From: a virus
IMG/VR virus record: IMGVR_UViG_3300045451_000008
Coordinates: 32,001-96,000 of that record
Direction: 5' to 3' (one strand)
Length of the DNA: 64,000 bases
The notes under the pieces are model-generated. The model did no database searches. It saw only the letters and a list, made by a program, of their open reading frames with translations, and was not told where the DNA came from. Shown piece by piece: positions 40,599-50,399 of the stretch. A program made the translations under genes and the position numbers. How positions within the stretch are numbered: the stretch's first letter is position 1; each line of letters begins with the position of its first letter.

Positions 40599-40819
40599 TC
40601 CAGACGTACTCGCTTCGATTCTTCTTCGACAGTGTTCAGTCAGCAGCTCAGGCCTTGGAGATAGTTCTTCTTGATGCCCGCTCCACGCCTAGGAACTACC
40701 GGATCACAGGCCTGTCCGCACAGCAGATTCTTCAGTCAGGAATTCTTCTTGCTGGGGAACTGGATGAGGTAGCCGCTAAGCTGAAGACCGTGCCAGGAGC
40801 CGTCTGGTACAACGAGTAG
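40595..40819 (+). CDS. Small hypothetical protein
   Basis: Coupled ORF with atypical codon usage. Confidence 0.55.
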   Translation: MIQTYSLRFFFDSVQSAAQALEIVLLDARSTPRNYRITGLSAQQILQSGILLAGELDEVAAKLKTVPGAVWYNE

Positions 40820-40827
40820 GGACCATC

Positions 40828-43800
40828 GTGAATCTTTCTCCGGTTGAGCTGGCTCAGCTCCAGGACCTGGACATCATCGAGCTGGCGAACAAGATTCGCA
40901 AGGTTCGTACTCCGGAGGGCGCCAAGAAGTACGGCGTCCCCATCGGCACCGTCATCACCAAGGACATGGAGGACAAGCTCCAGGGCAAGTCCGGGTCGGG
41001 CGCCCCGGCTTCCACCATCCAGTCTGGCGCCAACAACTTCGGCTCCAACTCGGGCTCGTCGGCCACCCCCAAGGGTGCTGCCCCTGCTCCGGCCAACTCC
41101 CTCAACGCGCAGGGCCAGACCAAGAACAGCCGACCCAAGGTCGAGAAGGAGCAGCAGCAGCTCAAGGGCCAGGGCGGACAGCCCGCAGGCTCCAGCGCTG
41201 CCCAGCAGACCGCCGTGGCTGACGCCGTGCAGGCCAACCTGACGGTGACCGACTCCACCATCTCCGGCCCGCTCAAGTTCTCGGTCGGTTCGGCCCAGTA
41301 CTCCGCGCCCTCGGGCTCTGTGCTCATCAAGTCGAAGAAGGGCACGGGCGGTGGCGCCTACGTCCGCACTCCGGACGGCACCATCCACGCCTTCAACCAG
41401 GAGGGTGAGATCACTCTCCCCGACAACCTGGGCGACATCCTCTCGCTGAAGTTCACCAAGAACTTCAAGAGCGACGCCAAGTACGCCAAGGCGGAGTTCG
41501 ACAACGACGACACCGAGACCTTCCCGGAGCTGGCCGCAGGCGCGGTGCTCCAGTCGGACGGCCAGGACATGTTCACCAAGGGTGAGGATGGCTTCTGGAC
41601 CCACAAGGACATCGACATCAGCCTCACTGACGAGGACCTGGCGCCGATGTTCGAGAGCGGTGAGCTGACGCTCAAGGAGACGCCGGTCGGCTTCAACGAG
41701 GCAGGCAAGGCCGACTTCAAGAACATGTCCAAGGACGAGTTCAAGGACTACCTCTACTCGAAGAAGGAGGGCGACAAGCTCTACCTCAACGGGACCGAGG
41801 TCGTCTTCAACGGAGAGAGCTGGCTGAGCGAGAACGGTGCGGACTTCTCCGAGGATGAGATGGTCGTCTTCCGCAGCAAGGTCACTGAGGAGCCCAACAC
41901 CGAGGAAGCTGGTGCTCCGAGTGCCACTCCTGAGGCCAACAAGAACACGCTCAAGGTGGGCGACCTCGTCAGCACGCCCGAGGAAGAGAAGAATCTTCCG
42001 GTCGGCGCTGTCATGGACGTCCGCCTCGGTGGCGGGAAGAAGAAGACTCCGCACACCAAGACCTCCGAGGGAAAGTGGACGGAGCCTGGAGGCAGTGCTG
42101 TAGAGACCCTGGGGTACAACCTCTCCATGGGGCACGTCACGGTCAAGAGCCTTCCGGAGGACTCGAACAGCTCTGCTCCCGACCCCACTACTGCCGTGGA
42201 CCTTCCGGCGCCGGGCTCTCCTCTGGCTGAGGAGACGAAGGTCAAGTCGCTGGACAACATCGCTGGCTACCCCGTGGGCACCAAGCTCCAGTTCACGCTG
42301 CCTTCGGTCGGTGGTTCGGAAGGCTTCTCCGACACTTACACCAAGATCGGGGACAACCAGTGGGCCAGTGCTGACCCCACGTTCAAGGACACTCCGGTCT
42401 CCGATTCTTCTTTCAAGAGCGCGATTGACCAGGGTCTCCTGACTGAGGTCTCTGTCCCAGAAGCCCCTGACCCGGACTACACCCTCACTCCTCAGGACCT
42501 GATGGAGATGAAGGACGGCGACGGCATCGACGTCGGCGGAGAGTTCTACGTCAAGAGCAACGGTGTGTGGCTCGACTCGTCTGGCTCGGACAACGACGAC
42601 GAGGCGTTCGCTGAAGACCTCGAAGAGGGCAACGTCGAGAAGATCAACGACGTGCTCGCGGCGGAGGCGCTGGAGATCGCTCTGGAGGCCAAGGCTCAGT
42701 TCGAGGAGAACGAGCGTCAGATCAAGAAGCAGCAGCAGGCCGAGAAGAAGGCCGCTGAGGAGGAGTACCAGACCCAGGCACAGCTCCAGGCGAACATCGA
42801 GAAGCAGCAGGCTGAGGCCGCCGCCAAGAAGAAGGCTGACCAGGAGAAGGCTGCCGCCGACGCCGCCAAGGCCGCAGCAGAAGCCGAGGTCGCGGCTCAG
42901 GCTGCCAAGACGGCCAAGTACCAGCAGGACCTCGCCAAGGCCAATGCCGAGCAGCCCAAGGTGGGCAAGATTCTCGTCACCGTGGAGGAGATGGACTCGC
43001 TCTCCACGGGCACCAAGGTCAAGTACACCTCTATCGCAGGCGCTTCCACGGAGTACGTGCACCAGTCGGATGGTTCCTGGCTCTCTGACTCCGGCACCGT
43101 CGCCTACACCAATTCCTTCTACGCCGCGGTCAACACCGATCTGGTCTCCATCTCGGCACTGCCGGACACGAGCCCGGCGCCGGAGCCGCAGAAGAGCGGC
43201 GACGACGGAACCTTCCTGATTGGTGGCAAGCCGTACTCCGCCAAGGAGGTCAAGCGGCTTCACGCAGTGCTGTCGATGCACCACGGTCCCGTTTCGCTCG
43301 GAATGAAGATCCTTCCGGACAGTCCGTTCGCTGACAAGAACGCGATGGACGAGCTGAAGGCACTGGCTCTCGCGGACTTCCCCAAGCTGGGGATCAAGCC
43401 CGGTATCGTCGCGTACCTCAAGAACATCATGGACAACCAGAAGTCCGAGAAGTCGGTGCCGACTCCCTCTTCGGATGGCGACTTCCAGGTCAACGGGAAG
43501 GTTTTCAGCTCGGACGACTTCCAGGAGGCTCTGACCTCTCTGGAAGACCACCCCGGCTTCCAGATCTCCTACGGTCTCAAGGCCGTGCCCAACAACCCTT
43601 TCGTGGACAAGGACAACCAGGGTGCGCTGAAGCAGCTCGCTCAGGATGCGTTCCCCAACCTCAAGCCCAAGCCCGCGGTCGTGGCCTACCTCAAGAAGCA
43701 GCTCGGCTACCAGGACGAGGAGGAGAGCGCCCAGGAGAGCGAGGGTGCCTCGACGGGTACTTCCATCTACTTCGGCTCCCGCACGCCCAAGAGCGGCGTC

Positions 43801-46800
43801 CAGGGAGTGGACGGTGGAGAGTTCGACCAGGCCGACGTGGAGTCCGCCATCGCCATCCTCCAGAACTACCCGGGCAAGCTCTACAAGAACGAGCTGAACA
43901 AGCAGGGCAACCCGCTGGGTGCTCTCGACCCCAACGCCATCGTCGGCTTCCACAAGGACAAGCTGGAGGGCAAGGCCGCGTACATCAAGCTCCTCCAGAC
44001 CAAGCTCGACAAGTCCAAGACCAAGACGCCGATGGTCGCGCCCGAGGTCCCGGACGTCAACGCTGACTGGGTGGACCCGAACGCACCGGAGGAGAACAAG
44101 AATCTTGTTCCTCCGGGAGGCTTCAAGGACCTCGCCGTGGGATCCGAGGTCTCGCTCAACTTCCCGGCCAGTCCCGAGATGGATCCGCAGCCCTACCTCA
44201 AGGTCTCGGACAACGAGTGGAAGAACACTCTCTACAACACCGTCCACTCTGAGGACGACCTCGTGGTCGCTCAGGAGTACGCCAACGGCTCTGAGTTCTC
44301 CATCACCAAGGTCGGTGCGCCCGCGGCGCCCGAGAAGATCGGTACCGTGGACGACCCGATGTCGGTCGAGGACGTCAAGAACCAGGGCATCGGTGCTCAG
44401 GTCCAGACCGTGAGCAAGAGCGGAAAGACCATCACCTTCACCAAGGTCAGTGAAGTTTCCTGGGACGGTGACAACCCCGATTACCTGGACATGGATTCGG
44501 CGGCTATCGAGATTCTCGCCAAGAAGAATCAGGTCCAGCTCATCAAGCCCGCGGAAGAGTCTTCGGGTGAGAAGTCCGACGAGGAGAAGGCCACTGACCT
44601 CAAGGCTGAGCTTTTCGCCTACCCCGCGGGCACCAAGGCCAAGCTCAATCTCCTCAGCGAGACGGTCACCAAGCAGGAGGACGGCTCCTGGAAGTCCGAC
44701 AAGGGCACCACGTACCCCGAGGGTGCCCTTGAGAACGGCTGGGATGGTCTGGGCGGGGAGTTCATCAGCTCGCCCACTCCCGAGCCTTCTCAGGCTTCCA
44801 AGGACACCGGCAAGGCTCTGGAGCTGGATGGCTACCCGGTCGGGCACAAGGTCTTTTCTCAATTCGGAGATATCACCCTCACCAAGGAGTCGGATGATTC
44901 CTGGAAGCACAGCGATGGCACGATGCTTACCTCGTTCCAGCTCGCTGGTCTCTGGGATGCTTACCAGTTCGAGCACATCGGTTCCGACACGGCTTCCCCG
45001 AACGAGAAGCCTCTCGCGGAGGACATCAACTTCTGGACCTCCAGCATCGACTACTCCAGTGACTGGATGGAGCTTGAGGGGACCATTGACGAGCTGCCGG
45101 TGGGCACCATTCTCAAGAACGAACTGGGGTCTTCGATGCAGAAGAAGTCTGAGTTCGAGTGGGTGTTCGAGGGAGGCACTCCGACCAACATCGCGCACAA
45201 CTCGACCACCATCGCGCAGGACTGGGAAGTGGACCCCTGGACTGTCGAGAAGGTCGGAGACGGTCTCTACGTCGAGCCGCTGCCGAAGAACAACGTCACG
45301 GACTTCTTCGCGAGCCTTCAGGGCCTCAACACCCCTAACGCGGCTACGGCTACTCCCGAGACTCCTGCCGCCAAGAAGCCGACCGAGTTCGGTGAGCCCA
45401 TGACGGCGGACGACTTCCTCACGCAGCCGGTGGGCTCGGTCATGCAGCTCGCTGACGACAGTGGCTTCTACACCAAGGCGATCAACGGCACGTGGGAGGA
45501 CCTGGACGACGGACACGTCCTCACGACGGCCAACGTCGCCACGCTCGTCTCCAACGAGGGTGCTCTCCTCTTCGAGGTGGGCAAGCCGGACGTGCCGGAC
45601 TACGCCGCAGCTCCCGGTGCTGTCCAGAGCAAGCAGACCGGTGACCCTGACACCAGCCCCAACATCAACGAGTCCGGTCTCACGCCGGGCAAGTACTCGA
45701 CGGAGAACGGCAAGGCCTACATGGTCGTCTCCGCCAACGGCTCCGGTGTCTACGTGACCTCCAAGGGTGAAGTCACTGCCATCAACGCGGCCAAGGTCAA
45801 GGCGAACCACAAGGCGGGAATGACCACCTACGGTGGCGTCGTGGAGAACCCCCCGGTGCCTTCTTCGGAGAGCACTGTCGAGGCGACCAAGAAGAAGGTC
45901 GTCAACGACGTCATCCCGAGCGGTACCTACTACAACGGTCCGTCGAACGACCCCAAGTCCACGGTCTACATCGTGGATGGGGACGCGGTGAAGATCTACA
46001 AGAACGGCGCCGAGCCCAAGGTCGGCAAGCAGTCTTCGATCCAGTCGGTCTTCAAGAAGGGCCAGCTCCTCGACCAGCAGGGCAACTCCATCTTCCCGAA
46101 GGATTACACCGGCTCTGTCTCGCTCCTGGGACAGGAGACCACGATTCCGGCCCTCATCCTCGCGCAGAAGGCCATCGACAACCACACGGGCTCCGCATTC
46201 GATTCCAAGCTCCAGTACAGCATCAAGCAAGCCGGTGTCTTCTACGAGGGCCAGGTCGATCTGGAGACCTTCAAGGCCAACATCGACTCCATGCTCAAGG
46301 ACGTGGACAAGAGCGACCCGGACACGGGCGCTGCCAACCTCTTCGAGTGGGATGGTCTCGGCAACGCGACCTTCCCTGAGTCCATGGTCGGAGTCAACAA
46401 GGGCTACAAGATCTCTGAGTACAACGCCTTCATCAAGCAGGCGTCGCTCTCCATCGGCGGTGGCAACATCATCGGTCAGCACACGAACGCGATGTCCAAG
46501 ACCCAGAAGGGTCAGTGGATCAACGCGTTCAACAACGGTGATTTCAAGGCCATGTATCAGATCGAGGTCGCCGCGGCTGCCTCGAAGAATCTTCCTCACG
46601 CTGCCGGTTACCTTCACCCGGGCTATGAGGGAAGTCCCTCGACCAACAAGGTGCAGTGGGGCGCCGCTGTTCCCGGTGAGATTCCTGCCGGTGTCAAGGT
46701 GGACAAGTTCAAGCTGCCGGAGACCCTGAGCTGGTCGAACCCCAATGAAATTCCCAAGGAGGTAGTCGATAACTACCTCGTCGCGGCTCAGATGCAGAAC

Positions 46801-49800
46801 CCCGAGTACCTGACTCTCGCTGAGCGTCGTCAGTGGGCAACTAGCCACTACAACGCCTCGATTGCCTACAACCCGGCTTCTCCCACGAACACCGTGAACA
46901 AGCTCTCGCTCCAGGCTCAGTCGCTGAAGGCATCCGGCGCCGCTCCTCTCACCGACTCTCCCAAGTGGACTGAGATCGAGACGATGGAGAAGCCCAAGCT
47001 CTACGTGAACCTCTTCGAGCAGAGCAAGTTCCCCACCGAAGGCTGGACGGCTACTGCCGCGGAGCAGTGGTACGAGGACAACAAGGCGGAGCTGGACGAC
47101 TACGTCACGAACAACTCGACGGCCAAGGAACAGGGCATCACCACCAAGTCGCTCAGCCTCAACAAGTACGTGACGCAGCAGTACGTCAAGATGTACTTCG
47201 AGGACAAGGAGAGCGCTGCCGCCGCTGAGGCGCTCATCCCCGTCTACACCAAGGACCCCACCCAGACGGTCAAGGGTTCGACCAACCCGGTGCACCAGTA
47301 CACCGACCAGTTCGGTAACAAGTACTTCTTCAAGCCGCGCGCCGACACCAAGCTGGACAAGTACCGCTCCGAGGTCGAGCACATGGGCAACGAGATGTCC
47401 CGTGCTCTGGGCTTCAACGCATCCAAGTCCAGCCTCCAGACCCTCAACGGTCAGTACGGCCAGCTCCAGTCCGACGCTGGTGGCGTCGGTGACCTTATGA
47501 ACGCCGACTACTCCAAGCAGTCGCTGACGACCCTGAAGGACGTCGCCGCGGAGCACATCCTGGACTGGTTCCTGGACAACGACGACACCAAGGGCGACAA
47601 CGTCCGGGTCATGGCCAACGGTCATGTCGTCGGTATCGACAAGGGTCGCGCCTTCAAGAGCTACGGCGCATGGAAGGGTCTCTCCGGAGACGCTGCCATG
47701 AACTCGAACGCCAACACCGTCTACAGCCAGATGTACGCAGCGATCAAGTCCGGGAAGATTTCCAAGGCGGACGCCGACGAGATCTACAAGGCGACGCACG
47801 CTCGCGCCCTGAAGATGCAGAAGTTCAGCGACGCCCGCCTCGATGCACTTCTCGACCAGGGCATGGCCAACCGCACGAGCTACGACGTGCCCTACAAGCT
47901 CTCGGACGGCACCTACGCTTCGGACTCGCTGGATGGCCTGAAGATGGCTGTCAAGGACCGCAGGGACCGTCTGGCGGAGGACTTCGACTCCATGTGGTCG
48001 AAGATCTACCAGCAGGCCGGGTACGGAGATCTTCCGGAGCCCGAGGTGTCCCCGCTGGGAGACGTCATCTCCGGACTCGGTCACGAGAAGCTCCACACGG
48101 AGGTCTTCGAGGCGAACACCCACGGCAAGTCCACGCTCATCAACAGCTCCAGCGTCGTCGGCGGCACCGTGCACCTCTGGGTGGAGAAGAACAAGAAGGC
48201 CGACAAGCTCCAGGTCAAGGGAGAGATGTACGTCGGTGACCTGAAGCAGCAGGAGCTTCTGGGATTCTTCTCCAAGCACACCGAAGGTCTTTCCGACGAG
48301 AAGATGCAGAGCGGATTCAACTCCGACGAGTTCGGTGAAGGAATCGTCAACGCGGCCAAGACGATCAATCACCACGCGCTCGATCAGAAGTACAACATGT
48401 CCACGGTCAACAACTTCTTCGGCATCGAGAAGAACATCGACAAGGACCTGGATGCCTGGACTCCGAACCTGGAGGCCAACTCCACGTTCATGAACGAGCC
48501 CGCCTACAAGTTCCCCTCGGGCACCCTTGTGCCCATGGTTCACGTGGACCAGTACAAGCTCATGCTGGACTACTACAAGCCGAAGGCTGCCTCTGTCTCG
48601 GCTGCCTACGACAGCCAGGGCAAGGTTGCGATCATCGAGCCTTACTCTCCGCTGAGCCTTCCCGTGAAGGACATGGAGGAGCAGTACGGCAAGACCGATG
48701 GTTCTTCTCTCGTCAAGCTCTCGAACAACTCGTTCCTCTACAAGGACTCCGCCAACAGCTCCGTCTCCACGGTCTCGGAGAAGGAAGCCATGGCCCTCAT
48801 GGACAACGGGGCCGACCCGGGATGGTCTTCCGTCTCGGCTCCCAAGGTGGTCACTCCCAACCTGCCGTACACCGTCAAGCTCAACGAGAAGACTCACGAG
48901 AAGGTTGCTGCCTACGACAGCCGACTCAACCTGAAGGTCGAGATGGAAGCGAGCGTCGGACAGAACGGCGCCCGTGGCAAGGAGTTCGAGATCACTCTCG
49001 ACACGGGTGAGAAGATCTACTGGCGCAACGCGGGCCAGACCGGTACGGCGATGGGCCAGCACGGCAAGCTCACGTTCGTCATGCCGGATGCCGGGGACTC
49101 CCAGTCGTCGCAGGCCTCGATGGCGCGTATCCAGAACGTGCTCAGCGACCTGGGCATCGACAACGAGCCCGCCGACGACACCACCGCTCGCAACATCTAC
49201 TGGCGCGAGATGTACGGCGTCATGATGAACCGCAAGCACAAGCCGAACTCCCCCAACGAGCGGGCTCAGAAGGCCATCCAGGCGAAGATCGCTGAGATCA
49301 AGAGCACCGAGAGGAAGTTCATCGAGGAGTTCGGTCGTCTCGTCTCTCCTGAGGAGGAGAACGAGTTCTGGACCAAGGTCTACTCGGATGAGTGGCCTAA
49401 GGAGGTTGCCAACCTCTTGCAGACCGAGGGCTACCTTCCCAAGTACGACCACCTCAACATTCAGAACTCTGAGCTGGAGTCGGGTAAGCCGTACTGGGAT
49501 CGCTTCGACGTCTCGGATGACGAGTACGAGGACGCGGTGCTCTACCACGAGAGTTCCAGCACCACTGAGACCATCATCGAAAGCGGTGGGCTCTTCTCGG
49601 GTGAGGAGCGCGTGCGTCAGCTCGGCTTCATCGCGACGCCTAGTGGGCTGTACGGTTCGACTTCCCCTCTCCAGGACCAGAGCAACGGTTCGTCTCATGT
49701 CATCTACACCCGGGTCCGCAAGGTGGGCACCGCTGTTCCGTCCAACGTGCCCTACGTCGTGGACCCCAAGCTCATGAAGCGCACGCGCATGTATGCGCTT

Positions 49801-50100
49801 CCCACTGACCTGTACGGCATCCTCTCGGCTCGAAAGGGCAAGTCGCTCTCCGGCGTCAAGGATGTGGTGGAGGAGTTCAATGGCAACTCCAAGAACGAGG
49901 TCATGCCTCCCAACGCTGTGTCGGTCCTCGACGGGATGATGGTGATTCTCTTCGACAACGCCGCGGAACGGAACGCCATGATTCAGCGCCTGAAGGAGCT
50001 GAGCATCGAGCAGATTCGCGGAGTGCCTGTCGAAGATAGACTCGTCATGCGGGTGGATGCCCAGAAGGCAATCAAGAAGATCAAGGAGTCGGGCAACTGA
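40828..50100 (+). CDS. Giant (3090 aa) multidomain head-module protein: repeat arrays, HipA/PI3-4-kinase-like domain, probable ADP-ribosyltransferase domain
   Basis: Uninterrupted ORF with phage-like codon usage; YFFKP...E...LDWFLDNDDTKGDN...VGIDKGRAF; LYH...IIESGGLFSGEER...IYTR...NEV. Confidence 0.85.
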   Translation: MNLSPVELAQLQDLDIIELANKIRKVRTPEGAKKYGVPIGTVITKDMEDKLQGKSGSGAPASTIQSGANNFGSNSGSSATPKGAAPAPANSLNAQGQTKNSRPKVEKEQQQLKGQGGQPAGSSAAQQTAVADAVQANLTVTDSTISGPLKFSVGSAQYSAPSGSVLIKSKKGTGGGAYVRTPDGTIHAFNQEGEITLPDNLGDILSLKFTKNFKSDAKYAKAEFDNDDTETFPELAAGAVLQSDGQDMFTKGEDGFWTHKDIDISLTDEDLAPMFESGELTLKETPVGFNEAGKADFKNMSKDEFKDYLYSKKEGDKLYLNGTEVVFNGESWLSENGADFSEDEMVVFRSKVTEEPNTEEAGAPSATPEANKNTLKVGDLVSTPEEEKNLPVGAVMDVRLGGGKKKTPHTKTSEGKWTEPGGSAVETLGYNLSMGHVTVKSLPEDSNSSAPDPTTAVDLPAPGSPLAEETKVKSLDNIAGYPVGTKLQFTLPSVGGSEGFSDTYTKIGDNQWASADPTFKDTPVSDSSFKSAIDQGLLTEVSVPEAPDPDYTLTPQDLMEMKDGDGIDVGGEFYVKSNGVWLDSSGSDNDDEAFAEDLEEGNVEKINDVLAAEALEIALEAKAQFEENERQIKKQQQAEKKAAEEEYQTQAQLQANIEKQQAEAAAKKKADQEKAAADAAKAAAEAEVAAQAAKTAKYQQDLAKANAEQPKVGKILVTVEEMDSLSTGTKVKYTSIAGASTEYVHQSDGSWLSDSGTVAYTNSFYAAVNTDLVSISALPDTSPAPEPQKSGDDGTFLIGGKPYSAKEVKRLHAVLSMHHGPVSLGMKILPDSPFADKNAMDELKALALADFPKLGIKPGIVAYLKNIMDNQKSEKSVPTPSSDGDFQVNGKVFSSDDFQEALTSLEDHPGFQISYGLKAVPNNPFVDKDNQGALKQLAQDAFPNLKPKPAVVAYLKKQLGYQDEEESAQESEGASTGTSIYFGSRTPKSGVQGVDGGEFDQADVESAIAILQNYPGKLYKNELNKQGNPLGALDPNAIVGFHKDKLEGKAAYIKLLQTKLDKSKTKTPMVAPEVPDVNADWVDPNAPEENKNLVPPGGFKDLAVGSEVSLNFPASPEMDPQPYLKVSDNEWKNTLYNTVHSEDDLVVAQEYANGSEFSITKVGAPAAPEKIGTVDDPMSVEDVKNQGIGAQVQTVSKSGKTITFTKVSEVSWDGDNPDYLDMDSAAIEILAKKNQVQLIKPAEESSGEKSDEEKATDLKAELFAYPAGTKAKLNLLSETVTKQEDGSWKSDKGTTYPEGALENGWDGLGGEFISSPTPEPSQASKDTGKALELDGYPVGHKVFSQFGDITLTKESDDSWKHSDGTMLTSFQLAGLWDAYQFEHIGSDTASPNEKPLAEDINFWTSSIDYSSDWMELEGTIDELPVGTILKNELGSSMQKKSEFEWVFEGGTPTNIAHNSTTIAQDWEVDPWTVEKVGDGLYVEPLPKNNVTDFFASLQGLNTPNAATATPETPAAKKPTEFGEPMTADDFLTQPVGSVMQLADDSGFYTKAINGTWEDLDDGHVLTTANVATLVSNEGALLFEVGKPDVPDYAAAPGAVQSKQTGDPDTSPNINESGLTPGKYSTENGKAYMVVSANGSGVYVTSKGEVTAINAAKVKANHKAGMTTYGGVVENPPVPSSESTVEATKKKVVNDVIPSGTYYNGPSNDPKSTVYIVDGDAVKIYKNGAEPKVGKQSSIQSVFKKGQLLDQQGNSIFPKDYTGSVSLLGQETTIPALILAQKAIDNHTGSAFDSKLQYSIKQAGVFYEGQVDLETFKANIDSMLKDVDKSDPDTGAANLFEWDGLGNATFPESMVGVNKGYKISEYNAFIKQASLSIGGGNIIGQHTNAMSKTQKGQWINAFNNGDFKAMYQIEVAAAASKNLPHAAGYLHPGYEGSPSTNKVQWGAAVPGEIPAGVKVDKFKLPETLSWSNPNEIPKEVVDNYLVAAQMQNPEYLTLAERRQWATSHYNASIAYNPASPTNTVNKLSLQAQSLKASGAAPLTDSPKWTEIETMEKPKLYVNLFEQSKFPTEGWTATAAEQWYEDNKAELDDYVTNNSTAKEQGITTKSLSLNKYVTQQYVKMYFEDKESAAAAEALIPVYTKDPTQTVKGSTNPVHQYTDQFGNKYFFKPRADTKLDKYRSEVEHMGNEMSRALGFNASKSSLQTLNGQYGQLQSDAGGVGDLMNADYSKQSLTTLKDVAAEHILDWFLDNDDTKGDNVRVMANGHVVGIDKGRAFKSYGAWKGLSGDAAMNSNANTVYSQMYAAIKSGKISKADADEIYKATHARALKMQKFSDARLDALLDQGMANRTSYDVPYKLSDGTYASDSLDGLKMAVKDRRDRLAEDFDSMWSKIYQQAGYGDLPEPEVSPLGDVISGLGHEKLHTEVFEANTHGKSTLINSSSVVGGTVHLWVEKNKKADKLQVKGEMYVGDLKQQELLGFFSKHTEGLSDEKMQSGFNSDEFGEGIVNAAKTINHHALDQKYNMSTVNNFFGIEKNIDKDLDAWTPNLEANSTFMNEPAYKFPSGTLVPMVHVDQYKLMLDYYKPKAASVSAAYDSQGKVAIIEPYSPLSLPVKDMEEQYGKTDGSSLVKLSNNSFLYKDSANSSVSTVSEKEAMALMDNGADPGWSSVSAPKVVTPNLPYTVKLNEKTHEKVAAYDSRLNLKVEMEASVGQNGARGKEFEITLDTGEKIYWRNAGQTGTAMGQHGKLTFVMPDAGDSQSSQASMARIQNVLSDLGIDNEPADDTTARNIYWREMYGVMMNRKHKPNSPNERAQKAIQAKIAEIKSTERKFIEEFGRLVSPEEENEFWTKVYSDEWPKEVANLLQTEGYLPKYDHLNIQNSELESGKPYWDRFDVSDDEYEDAVLYHESSSTTETIIESGGLFSGEERVRQLGFIATPSGLYGSTSPLQDQSNGSSHVIYTRVRKVGTAVPSNVPYVVDPKLMKRTRMYALPTDLYGILSARKGKSLSGVKDVVEEFNGNSKNEVMPPNAVSVLDGMMVILFDNAAERNAMIQRLKELSIEQIRGVPVEDRLVMRVDAQKAIKKIKESGN

Positions 50101-50399
50101 TGAACGTCACTGAAAAGAAGATTTCAGACTTCTTCGGACCGGCTCTTCGAGTCCTCTCCGACCGGAGCAACCTGGACGCCATCGTCGTCTGGAAGCTCCG
50201 TGAGGATGAGGGGGAGGTCTTCCTGGACCTCTGGCCTCACCCCTCTCAGGTCATCTCGCTGGTCCTTCCCGACGACATCGAGGAGACCGAGGGTCGCTGG
50301 ACCTTCTCGGCTGAGGGCACTCGCTGGCAGTTCCGGGCCTTCCCTGGCGCCAAGGAGTTCGCGCACGCGTTCAAGAAGGCGCAGCGCAACCGTGGCTAA
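50100..50399 (+). CDS. Small protein coupled to the giant gene (candidate immunity/partner)
   Basis: TGATG overlap. Confidence 0.65.
   Translation: MNVTEKKISDFFGPALRVLSDRSNLDAIVVWKLREDEGEVFLDLWPHPSQVISLVLPDDIEETEGRWTFSAEGTRWQFRAFPGAKEFAHAFKKAQRNRG

Noticed and set aside
40732-49698. 2988-aa minus-strand ORF opposite the giant gene
   Set aside because: Antisense shadow caused by high-GC codon bias; V/L/G/R-rich with no motifs. The same applies to 36095-38065, 37767-40511, 24271-26658 and 10471-12024.
40828-50100. Virion RNA polymerase (N4-like) suggested by size
   Set aside because: No DxDGD or single-subunit RNAP motifs were recognised; repeats and kinase/ART-like motifs account for much of the sequence
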